Assembly: GCA_964482825.1 (NCBI GenBank) | Contig: CAYZZG010000001.1 | Coordinates: 63,754-109,673, forward strand | Length of the DNA: 45,920 bases | Direction of reading: 5' to 3' | From: an uncultured Gammaproteobacteria bacterium | Lineage (GTDB): Bacteria; Patescibacteriota; Microgenomatia; Levybacterales; UBA12049 | Part shown: positions 22,478 through 30,941 of the stretch, in pieces | Layout: each line of letters opens with the position of its first letter | Position numbering within the stretch: position 1 is the first letter of the stretch | Position numbers and translations under genes: made by a program | Notes under the pieces: model-generated | Told to the model about the DNA's origin: nothing | Seen by the model: only the letters and a program-made list of their open reading frames with translations | Database searches by the model: none

Positions 22478-24013
22478 ATGGCAGGTGAGTGGGCAGAAGG
22501 CGGTGTATGGTCAAATGGTATTCAGAAATTTATTCTTTACCGGCCTTTTCCCAAGGAATACGTTACTACTTTTCCAGACATCCCAAAAGTTGACCAGACA
22601 TGGGATGATTTATTTGAGGAAAAGCTTACCTATAAATCTTTAAATAAAAACTTTGACCTAGCTTTTATTATAGAGCGCCTAGAAGAATTGGTTTTGGCCC
22701 AATCCGGAGAAACTGTTTTTGATGAAGTTTTCAAACTCCTATACGCCAAACTTTACGATGAGGATCAGGCAAAAAACTATCGCGCTAATGAAGAAGTTAT
22801 TTTTAAGCAATATAAAGACCCAAAAAAGACATATCAAGTTATAAATGATACACTTTTTAAGTCCTCGATCGCAAAATGGCCAAATATTTTCAATCCGTTG
22901 GACAAAATCGAGCTTTCTCCCGACCAACTGCAAGTTTGTATACCACTTTTACAAACAATAAAACTTTTTGGAACTGGTAGAGAAGAACTTGAGATTGTAG
23001 ATCGTGCTTTTGAACACCTTATAACAGAAGTTTCAAAAGGGCAAAAAGGCCAATATTTTACTCCAAGAAATGTTGTTAAGATGTGCATCCAAATGCTTAA
23101 TCCTAAGCAAGATGAATTTGTTTTAGATCCTGCTTGCGGCTCAGGAGGATTCTTGCTCCATACCATGTATTATGCTTGGGATAATTATCTTGCCAATGTT
23201 TCACAAGAGGCAAGGAAAGAGTATGCAGGTAAATATTTATTCGGTATAGATTTTGACGATAAGATGCGCAAAATTTCCCAGGCTCTTATGTTGATTGCAG
23301 GAGATGGTAAACACCATATTTTTAGGAGGAATTCTTTGGATGCAAGAGATTGGGTGGGAGATAGCGCAGAAGAGGCTCGGGTTGAATTAAAGTCACTGCT
23401 TAGGGATTTTTCTACTCCATTTCGCTATTTAAATTTTGATGTTCTTCTGACAAATCCTCCATTTGCCGGTGAGATTACTGATGGGGGGCTTCTTAGGCAA
23501 TACGAATTTGCCAAGAAAAATGGAAAATTAAAATCAAAGATGGAAAGACACCTTCTTTTTATAGAACGCTCTCTTGATGCAATAAAACCTGGAGGCAGGG
23601 TGGCTATTGTACTTCCTCAGGGAGTTTTTAATAACACTAATATGGAATTTGTGCGTCTGTGGTTATTTAATAAAGCCAGAATTTTAGCAGTTGTTGGCCT
23701 GCATGGAAATACCTTCAAACTCCCAGCTCCGGCTAAAGGAACTGGAACAAAAACTTCTGTATTATTCTTGCAAAAATGGGATGAGAAAGACTTGTCCGCC
23801 GAAGCTTCAGCGAAGGCGGATTACCCAATTTTTATGGCAGTTTCCAAAAAAGGAGGAAAAGATAATGCCGGTGATTATGTTTATAAAAAAGATGCAAACG
23901 GTAATTATGTCCACGACTCCCGCGGCCGCAAAGTCCTAGATCATGACCTCGACCAAATCGCCAACAAATTTATAGAATTTGCCAAAGGGCAAGGATTTAA
24001 TTTTTGGAGGTAA
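22478..24013 (+). CDS. N6-adenine DNA methyltransferase (gamma class, HsdM/BcgI-A-like)
   Basis: LDPACGSGGFL (motif I) and LTNPPFAG (motif IV). Minimal ORF from the first in-frame ATG. Confidence 0.9.
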   Translation: MAGEWAEGGVWSNGIQKFILYRPFPKEYVTTFPDIPKVDQTWDDLFEEKLTYKSLNKNFDLAFIIERLEELVLAQSGETVFDEVFKLLYAKLYDEDQAKNYRANEEVIFKQYKDPKKTYQVINDTLFKSSIAKWPNIFNPLDKIELSPDQLQVCIPLLQTIKLFGTGREELEIVDRAFEHLITEVSKGQKGQYFTPRNVVKMCIQMLNPKQDEFVLDPACGSGGFLLHTMYYAWDNYLANVSQEARKEYAGKYLFGIDFDDKMRKISQALMLIAGDGKHHIFRRNSLDARDWVGDSAEEARVELKSLLRDFSTPFRYLNFDVLLTNPPFAGEITDGGLLRQYEFAKKNGKLKSKMERHLLFIERSLDAIKPGGRVAIVLPQGVFNNTNMEFVRLWLFNKARILAVVGLHGNTFKLPAPAKGTGTKTSVLFLQKWDEKDLSAEASAKADYPIFMAVSKKGGKDNAGDYVYKKDANGNYVHDSRGRKVLDHDLDQIANKFIEFAKGQGFNFWR

Positions 24014-24015
24014 AA

Positions 24016-24576
24016 ATGTGTAATGACAACATAGCATTTTTAAGCGTTAGACCCTGGACAGAAGTGTTTACCGCGGTTGGAACGGTAAGTGCCACTATAG
24101 TGGCTTTGGGCATAGCAATCAAAAATGCAAACGATCTCAAAAGAGAAAAGTTTTCAGGGATAAGCATAATTGACATAAACAAACTTGCAGTAGCAACATT
24201 AGAGAATAATGCGAAGATTGATGTGTATGTATTGATCGAAAAGTGTCTTCTGACTGATGGTCAAAACAAAAAAGATTCTCTTACGTACTTAACAACTAGT
24301 AACGAGAAATTGAGGAAAGAGGTCAAAAAAATCAAAGATTGGAAAACAATCTCAAAATACAGTCTTAACTCACAAGAAAAAGTTCAATTTCACTTTTCAG
24401 ATATTGTTAGTGAAAATGTATATGCTACTTTTGTTGCTTTGAAAATTGTGATCGATGATAAAAAAACCAGATACTATGTATTAAGGTTTACTGGAAATAA
24501 AGCTACAGAATCAGATGTGATGCTATTTGCCCACCCAATGAAGCAATGGGTAATAGCGTTTTCCTTCGAGGAGTAA
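24016..24576 (+). CDS. hypothetical protein with one N-terminal TM helix, between methyltransferase and S genes
   Basis: GGAGG 24006-24010 then ATG 24016. TM segment VFTAVGTVSATIVALGIAI. No recognisable motif. Confidence 0.6.
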   Translation: MCNDNIAFLSVRPWTEVFTAVGTVSATIVALGIAIKNANDLKREKFSGISIIDINKLAVATLENNAKIDVYVLIEKCLLTDGQNKKDSLTYLTTSNEKLRKEVKKIKDWKTISKYSLNSQEKVQFHFSDIVSENVYATFVALKIVIDDKKTRYYVLRFTGNKATESDVMLFAHPMKQWVIAFSFEE

Positions 24577-24581
24577 TATAT

Positions 24582-25931
24582 ATGAATTTTTCTATCATCC
24601 AAAAATCTCAACTTGAAGAAGCCCATCGACTGGACGCTGAATATTATCAGCCAGAATATTTTATAGATTTTTCAAAAGGGAAATGGTTACCCATCGGCGA
24701 AGCTTTGGAAGTTTGCCAATACGGTATCTCCCAAGCAATGAATGAAGATGGTATAGGTTATCCGATTCTCAGAATGGATGATATAAAAGATGCGTATTTA
24801 GTCGATGACGAGATCAAATATGTAGAAATTGCAGATTCTATTTTCAACCAGTATAAATTATTAGTTAATGATGTCTTATTTAATCGTGTAAATTCAGAAG
24901 AATTTGTGGGTAGGACTGGAATATTTAAGATTGGTGTCAATTTTGTTTTTGCGTCATATCTAATCAGACTTAGAATTAGGCAGGACGCCAACATTTTACC
25001 AGACTATCTAAACATTTTTCTTAATTCTTCGTATGGACTTAAACAAATAAGAAAATTTAGAAGACGTGCAGTAAATCAGGCTAATGTAAATGCAGAAGAG
25101 CTAAAACAAATAAAAATTTCTATTTTGCCACCGGAAGTTCAAGAAGAAATTAGTAAATTAGCAAACGAATCATGGGAACAAATAAAACAGTCAAAGTCTT
25201 TTTATCAGCAAGCTGAAGAGTTGCTTTTGCAGGAGTTGGAACTTAAAGATTTTCAAGTTGATGATGACTTGAGTTTTGTAGTTAATCTTTCAGATGTAAA
25301 GTCTGCAAACCGCATCGATGCAGATTATTTCCAGCCGAAATTTGAGAAACTAATATCAGAAATTAAAAAGAAAATTGCAAAACGACTGGAGGAATTTATT
25401 GCAAGTTACTCAACAGGTTTTCCTTTCAAAAGCGATAATTATTTAGAAGAAGGGATACCTTTAATCAGGATAAACAATATTAAAAAGGGATATCTGGATT
25501 TAAATGATACTACTTTTTTAAGTAATCGAGACCACATGCTTTCCCTAAAAGATATAGCAAAAACGGGAGATATCGTTTTATCGATGTCTGGAACAATTGG
25601 TATGTCCGCAGTAATTCCAGTAGATGTACCTAAATGTAGTGTAAATCAGCGAATATTGAGATTTAGTTCTAAAAATATAGATAAAGATTATATAGTCTTG
25701 GTTTTAAATTCGATAGTTGGTTTCTATCAATTAGAAAGAATCGGGACTGGCGGAGTACAAACCAATATTAGTTATAGGGATATACAAAATATTTTAATTC
25801 CAGTTTTGCCAAGGGAAATTCAGGAAAAAATTGGGGAGTTGGTGAGGAAGTCACATGAAGCAAGAAAGAAATCAAAAGAGCTTTTAGAAGAGGCAAAAGG
25901 GAAAGTTGAAGAGATGATTGAGCATGAATGA
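24582..25931 (+). CDS. hsdS: restriction-modification specificity subunit (HsdS-like, two target-recognition domains)
   Basis: Duplicated RLDAEYYQPEY / RIDADYFQPKF half-starts and two coiled-coil conserved regions. GAGGAG precedes ATG 24582. Confidence 0.88.
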   Translation: MNFSIIQKSQLEEAHRLDAEYYQPEYFIDFSKGKWLPIGEALEVCQYGISQAMNEDGIGYPILRMDDIKDAYLVDDEIKYVEIADSIFNQYKLLVNDVLFNRVNSEEFVGRTGIFKIGVNFVFASYLIRLRIRQDANILPDYLNIFLNSSYGLKQIRKFRRRAVNQANVNAEELKQIKISILPPEVQEEISKLANESWEQIKQSKSFYQQAEELLLQELELKDFQVDDDLSFVVNLSDVKSANRIDADYFQPKFEKLISEIKKKIAKRLEEFIASYSTGFPFKSDNYLEEGIPLIRINNIKKGYLDLNDTTFLSNRDHMLSLKDIAKTGDIVLSMSGTIGMSAVIPVDVPKCSVNQRILRFSSKNIDKDYIVLVLNSIVGFYQLERIGTGGVQTNISYRDIQNILIPVLPREIQEKIGELVRKSHEARKKSKELLEEAKGKVEEMIEHE

Positions 25932-26415
25932 GTCTGAAAAATACTACAATAAAGCTCTTCGGTATCTCTCATATCGTCCTCGAAGCGAAAAAGAAATAAG
26001 AGAGAAACTCACAAGAACTAGGAGTAGAGAGAAAGTAGAAAGAGTAGATAAGGTAATTGATCAAATAATCAATAAACTAAAAGAACAAAATCTGATTAAC
26101 GATGAAGAATTTGCCAGGTGGTGGGTTGAACAGCGGACAACATTTCGGCCAAAAGGAATACGGTTAATCAAGCTCGAGTTAAAACAAAAAGGAATCAGCC
26201 CAGATATAATAGAGGTAACAATTAACAGTTCACAATTAACAATTAACAAAGAAACAGAAAGGGCGAAAAAACTGATTCAGAAAAAAATAGAGCGATACAG
26301 AAGCTTGCCAAAAAGGGAACGGAATCAAAAACTAGGATTATTTCTACAGCGAAGAGGATTTGATTTTGAGACTATCAAGAAGAGCATTGACGAACTGTTT
26401 AGAGAAGGAGTATAA
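25924..26415 (+). CDS. recX: recombination regulator RecX
   Basis: YYNKALRYLSYRPRSEKEIREKL RecX-type N-terminus. ATG 25924 overlaps the hsdS stop (ATGAATGA). TTG 25918 is an alternative. Confidence 0.88.
   Translation: MNESEKYYNKALRYLSYRPRSEKEIREKLTRTRSREKVERVDKVIDQIINKLKEQNLINDEEFARWWVEQRTTFRPKGIRLIKLELKQKGISPDIIEVTINSSQLTINKETERAKKLIQKKIERYRSLPKRERNQKLGLFLQRRGFDFETIKKSIDELFREGV
26215..26251 (+). repeat. in-frame CAATTAAC/CAGTT repeat module inside recX (encodes EVTINSSQLTINK)
   Basis: gtaacaattaacagttcacaattaacaattaacaaag. Confidence 0.8.
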
Positions 26416-26416
26416 T
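26387..26416 (+). promoter_or_regulatory. sigma70-like promoter at the recX 3' end
   Basis: TTGACG 26387-26392, 18-nt spacer, TATAAT 26411-26416. Confidence 0.45.
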
Positions 26417-26497
26417 TATAAAAAGACAAAGAAGGGTAGGTCTATTTCAGTTTGGTTTATGACTAAGACAATCCCTACTGTATTTAGAACACTGTAA

Positions 26498-26528
26498 ACA
26501 CGCATGAGAGCGTGTGTTTCTTCTTTTG
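26498..26528 (+). terminator. terminator-like hairpin plus T-rich tract upstream of rny
   Basis: ACACGC-atgaga-GCGTGT 26498-26515, then GTTTCTTCTTTTG. Confidence 0.5.
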
Positions 26529-26546
26529 TCTTCAAAATACTAAATT

Positions 26547-27815
26547 ATGACATCACAAACACAAGATCTTATAGAACTTGAGAAAAAGCTTCTCGAGAAA
26601 CAGGAAAAAATTGAAAAAGAGCAGGAAAAGCTGGAGGAGGAAAAAGAAAAGATTAATGAACTTGCTGAAGAATACAGCAAAAAGCTACAAAAAGTGGCTG
26701 GTCTAACCGCGGAAGAAGCAAAAGAAGAACTCCTTAAAGAAGTAGAACAAAAAGAAGCTCAAACAATCGCCCGCCTTATTAAAGAAAGGGAAGAAGAAGC
26801 AAAACGAACCGCCGATAAAAAGGCTCAAGAAATTCTAGTTGATAGCATGCGTCATGGAGCGCTCAATTACATTGCCGAATACACAGTTTCCATAGTTAAG
26901 GTTGAGGACGAAGAAATGAAGGGTCGGATTATCGGAAAGGAAGGTCGCAATATCCGCGCATTTGAGCAGGCAACTGGCGTTGATGTTGATCTTGATGAAG
27001 AAGGCATTATTCGCCTTTCTTCTTTTGATCAGGTGCGCCGGGAAGTAGCCAGACGTTCTTTGGAAAAACTTCTCAAAGACACCCGCATTCAGCCATTTCG
27101 CATAGAAGAAATCGTTGAACAGACTAAAAAAGAGGTGGAAAAAATTATGTTAGAGGCAGGTGAATGGCTGGCCCATGAAGCAGGAGTATTTAATCTTCCT
27201 GTTGATCTGCTTTCTATTTTAGGCCGTTTTAAGTTCCGTACCTCATACGGTCAAAATCTGGTTGTTCATACTCTCGAGGAAACAAAAATAGGCATACATA
27301 TTGCATCAGAAATTGGCGCTGATGCAAATATTGTTCGTCTTGGCTGTTTGTTTCATGATATTGGAAAGGTCGTTGAGGGAGAAGGAAGTCATGTGAAACT
27401 TGGCGTTGAACTACTAAAGAAATTTAATATTCCAGAGGCAATTATTAATTGTGTCGCGGAGCACCATGAAGATAAGCCATTTTCATCCATAGAATCAGTT
27501 ATAGTTGCTATATCAGACGCAATCTCCGGTGCTCGTCCTGGAGCGCGCTATGAAGATTTTGAGGAATATGTCAAGCGATTAACTGCTATTGAAGAAATTG
27601 CCAAAAGGTATGATGGTGTTAGTGATGCGTACGCATTTGAGGCAGGACGAGAAATCCGTGTGATTATTAATCCTTCAAGAGTCGATGATTCTCAAACAAC
27701 AATCATTGCCAATAAGATTCGTGAGGAGGTAAGTAAAACTTTGGCAATTCCAGGTGAGGTTAAAGTTACCGCCATTCGCGAATTCCGCGCGGTTTCTTCG
27801 GAGTCAGCAGTTTAA
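26547..27815 (+). CDS. rny: ribonuclease Y (no N-terminal TM helix)
   Basis: Coiled-coil N-terminus, KH domain (GRIIGKEGRNIR), HD domain (LFHDIGK...AEHHED). Confidence 0.92.
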   Translation: MTSQTQDLIELEKKLLEKQEKIEKEQEKLEEEKEKINELAEEYSKKLQKVAGLTAEEAKEELLKEVEQKEAQTIARLIKEREEEAKRTADKKAQEILVDSMRHGALNYIAEYTVSIVKVEDEEMKGRIIGKEGRNIRAFEQATGVDVDLDEEGIIRLSSFDQVRREVARRSLEKLLKDTRIQPFRIEEIVEQTKKEVEKIMLEAGEWLAHEAGVFNLPVDLLSILGRFKFRTSYGQNLVVHTLEETKIGIHIASEIGADANIVRLGCLFHDIGKVVEGEGSHVKLGVELLKKFNIPEAIINCVAEHHEDKPFSSIESVIVAISDAISGARPGARYEDFEEYVKRLTAIEEIAKRYDGVSDAYAFEAGREIRVIINPSRVDDSQTTIIANKIREEVSKTLAIPGEVKVTAIREFRAVSSESAV

Positions 27816-27946
27816 TTTTAATTTCCTAAAAGCTTTATCTTAGTATAACAAGCTAATTACAGAATTGCCTCTTGACAAAGTGTTTAATTGCATTGTATTG
27901 TTTAGCTAAATCACTAATAATGAATTTTCTGCCCGGGAGGGGGTGA

Positions 27947-28225
27947 GTGAATTTGACAAAAAAAGATCTAATTGATCTGGTTGCCAAGAAAGCAAATCTT
28001 ACCAATAAAGCTGCGCGAGATGCGGTTGGTTCATTTCTAAATGCCATCCGTGACTCGCTAAAACGAGGAGAGAAAGTAGTAATAACCGGATTTGGTACCT
28101 TTAGCGTTCGCAGTCGCGCATCACGGCCTGGACGAAATCCAAAGACCGGTGAAAAAATTACTATCGCAGCAAGAAAAGCGCCTGGATTCACACCGGGCAA
28201 AACCTTAAAAAAGGTAGTGCGATAA
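27947..28225 (+). CDS. hup: DNA-binding protein HU
   Basis: GTG start after GGGAGGGGG. 92 aa, GFGTFSVRSRASRPGRNPKTGEKI motif. Confidence 0.93.
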   Translation: MNLTKKDLIDLVAKKANLTNKAARDAVGSFLNAIRDSLKRGEKVVITGFGTFSVRSRASRPGRNPKTGEKITIAARKAPGFTPGKTLKKVVR

Positions 28226-28241
28226 ACTTTCTACAAACATC

Positions 28242-28284
28242 AAAAGAGGCTTCTTTTAAAACAGGAGGCCTCTTTTGCTATAAT
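28242..28284 (+). terminator. hup terminator (AAAAGAGGC...GCCTCTTTT) overlapping an extended -10 (TGCTATAAT) for the ABC operon
   Basis: Stem 28242-28250 / 28268-28276. TG 28276-28277 and TATAAT 28279-28284. Confidence 0.55.
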
Positions 28285-28295
28285 GGAGGTGGTTT

Positions 28296-29291
28296 ATGTT
28301 CGTCATTTCCGTTGATCACCTTTCGAAATTCTACCGCGTGTACCAAAAAGAGCCGGGTTTTATTGGTTCTCTAAAATCACTCTTTGCTCGAAAGTACCAA
28401 ACAGTCAAAGCGGTTGATGACATTTCTTTTCAAATAGAAGAAGGAGAACTCATTGGTTTTATCGGACCAAATGGAGCTGGGAAAACTACCACATTAAAAT
28501 GCCTTTCTGGTCTTTTATATCCAACTAAGGGGTCAGTATCGGTTCTTCACTTTACACCATACGAAAGAAAACACCCATTTCTTAAGCAAATTGCCTTAGT
28601 AATGGGACAAAAAAATCAATTGTGGTGGGATTTACCGCCAATGGAATCATTTATCCTCAATAAAGAGATTTATGAAATTTCTGATAAGAGATTCCAAGAA
28701 ACCATAGATGAGTTATCAACATTGCTTGAAGTGAAAGATATTCTACATATTCAGGTACGAAAATTATCCCTTGGACAACGGATGAAATGCGAACTAATTG
28801 CAGCGCTTCTTCATAGTCCAAAGGTTCTTTTTCTCGACGAACCAACCATTGGTCTGGATGTGGTTATGCAGCAAAAGCTTCGTGAATTTATAAAAGAATA
28901 CAATACGCGGTATAAATCCACAATTCTTTTAACCAGTCATTATATGGAAGACGTAAAAGAACTTTGTAAAAGAGTGATTATTATTGATCATGGGAAAATT
29001 CTTTTTGATGGGGAATTAGAACAAATTGTTAGAAAATATGCTCCTCACAAATTTCTTTCAGTTATATTTGATAAGACGGTGAAGAAAGAATCGCTAGAAA
29101 AACTAGGCACAGTGCATAGTTTTGATTTTCCTAAAGTTGTACTTTCTAAAAAAAAAAAAAAATCAAGTCATGTAGCAGCAAAGCTTTTAGAGTCATTTCC
29201 GGTTGATGATTTAAATATAGAAGAACCAGATATTGAAGATATTATTCGTGATGTGTTTACGAAAGAGCCGCAAAGCAGCAAAGTTGCATAG
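28296..29291 (+). CDS. ABC transporter ATP-binding protein
   Basis: GPNGAGKTT Walker A, LSLGQRM signature, LFLDEPT Walker B. Confidence 0.93.
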   Translation: MFVISVDHLSKFYRVYQKEPGFIGSLKSLFARKYQTVKAVDDISFQIEEGELIGFIGPNGAGKTTTLKCLSGLLYPTKGSVSVLHFTPYERKHPFLKQIALVMGQKNQLWWDLPPMESFILNKEIYEISDKRFQETIDELSTLLEVKDILHIQVRKLSLGQRMKCELIAALLHSPKVLFLDEPTIGLDVVMQQKLREFIKEYNTRYKSTILLTSHYMEDVKELCKRVIIIDHGKILFDGELEQIVRKYAPHKFLSVIFDKTVKKESLEKLGTVHSFDFPKVVLSKKKKKSSHVAAKLLESFPVDDLNIEEPDIEDIIRDVFTKEPQSSKVA

Positions 29292-29350
29292 TAGCAGAGT
29301 AGATTTTACTTTGTACCCTTGTACCTTTGTAGCTTTGTAACTCTGCGCCT
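29275..29350 (+). repeat. CAAAGC / CTTTGTA repeat module spanning the ATPase stop
   Basis: gcaaagcagcaaagttgca...ctttgtacccttgtacctttgtagctttgtaac. Same word family as 32524-32567 and 32932-32975. Confidence 0.7.
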
Positions 29351-29356
29351 GGTATT

Positions 29357-30148
29357 ATGCGTTATGTTAGATTATTCCTTCTTCATTTTCAAAACCTCTT
29401 AGAACATAGAAGCAGACCGCTCGTCTGGTTTTTAGTCGGAATAATTGATCCTCTTGTTATTCTTTTATACTGGAAAGGTGCATATGTTGGAAAAGAATCT
29501 ATTGCAGGCTGGACATTTGAGCACATAGTATCTTACTATATATTTCTTCTTGTACTAGCTCCATTTCTTTTCGTTCATATAGAGGAAGATATTGCAAAAA
29601 TTGATATTCAAAAAGGAGAACTTGTAAAGTATATTATTCGCCCATTTTCTTATTTTTGGTTTAAATTTTTTGAAGAGATTCCTTATCGATTACTGGAAGG
29701 AATCTATGGAATATTTTTTTGTCTGCTTTTTATATTACTGGGGAATATAGTAATTATCAGTAACAATATAGAGATATTAGTACTTAGTAGTATTGTCATC
29801 GTTTTAGCATATGGTATTTCTTATATCTTTAAGGCGATTTTGGGTTTGCTCGCGTTTTGGATAACTGATATCAGTGGAGTGCTTCAATTTATGGAAGTAG
29901 TTTTTCTCATTTTTGCGGGTTTTATTGTCCCAATTAGCTTACTTCCAGAAGGATTATATATAATTTCCAAACTCTTACCCTTTGCGTATATGATGTATTT
30001 TCCTGTTATTGCTTTGCAAGGAAAACTAGCATATGGGGAGCTTCTCCGTGTTATTAGTATACAAATACTATGGATTCTTTGCCTGTATTCTGTATACCGT
30101 TTTCTTTGGAATAAGGGCGTAAGAACATTTACTGCAGTTGGACAATAA
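29357..30148 (+). CDS. ABC-2 type permease, paralog class A (ends WNKGVRTFTAVGQ)
   Basis: 263-aa polytopic membrane protein downstream of the ATPase. Confidence 0.75.
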   Translation: MRYVRLFLLHFQNLLEHRSRPLVWFLVGIIDPLVILLYWKGAYVGKESIAGWTFEHIVSYYIFLLVLAPFLFVHIEEDIAKIDIQKGELVKYIIRPFSYFWFKFFEEIPYRLLEGIYGIFFCLLFILLGNIVIISNNIEILVLSSIVIVLAYGISYIFKAILGLLAFWITDISGVLQFMEVVFLIFAGFIVPISLLPEGLYIISKLLPFAYMMYFPVIALQGKLAYGELLRVISIQILWILCLYSVYRFLWNKGVRTFTAVGQ

Positions 30149-30149
30149 T

Positions 30150-30938
30150 ATGAAACAATACATACGGATATATAAAACATTACTAAAAATAAATTTAGTT
30201 GCTTTACTTACGTATCGAGGAAATTTTGTGAGTAGTGTTTTCTCAAGTATTCTTTGGGCATCATTCTCGCTCTTTATTATCTCGTTGTTAACATTACGAG
30301 TTCCTAAAATATACGGGTGGAATAGGGAAGAACTATTCATGTTAATGCTTGGGTACAATATAATTGTCGGAACATTTCATTCATTATTTTCAAGAAACTT
30401 TGAACGTTTCTCTCAAATAATCCATTATGGAGAGCTAGACGGATTATTATTAAAACCCGTTGATTCACAATTTTTGTTAAGTTTTTGGCTATTTAACTAT
30501 GCGAGTTTAAGTCGTATCATTATTGGTATTATTGGTTTTGTCATCCTTTTTTCGCAACATCAGATCTTTCCATCATTACTACAATTTTTTTTATTTTTTA
30601 TGCTTGGTATCATTTCAATACTGTTGTTATATTCTATATGGTATAGTGTTACGACACTAATGATATGGTTTACTCGACTGTCTAATTTAGTAGATTTTCT
30701 CTACCATATGAATGGTGCAACTCGTTTTCCACAGGAAATGTATAAAGGGAGTAATCAGCTTATTTTTTTTCTTGTGTTTCCTCTGACACTTGTTATAACA
30801 ACACCGATAAAAGCACTTTTAGAAAAAGCAACCATAGCAGATGTATACATCATACTTATTTGTGCAACACTACTTTTCTCTTTTTCACGTTTATTTTGGA
30901 AATTTGCACTGCGGTTTTATACCAGTGCAAGTGGATAA
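30150..30938 (+). CDS. ABC-2 type permease, paralog class B (ends WKFALRFYTSASG)
   Basis: ATG 30150 lies 1 nt after the preceding stop. The track start 30138 is TTG. Confidence 0.75.
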   Translation: MKQYIRIYKTLLKINLVALLTYRGNFVSSVFSSILWASFSLFIISLLTLRVPKIYGWNREELFMLMLGYNIIVGTFHSLFSRNFERFSQIIHYGELDGLLLKPVDSQFLLSFWLFNYASLSRIIIGIIGFVILFSQHQIFPSLLQFFLFFMLGIISILLLYSIWYSVTTLMIWFTRLSNLVDFLYHMNGATRFPQEMYKGSNQLIFFLVFPLTLVITTPIKALLEKATIADVYIILICATLLFSFSRLFWKFALRFYTSASG

Positions 30939-30941
30939 GAT

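Noticed and set aside
27853-28200. 115-aa minus-strand ORF over hup
   Set aside because: Antisense to a clear HU gene that has its own SD and GTG start.
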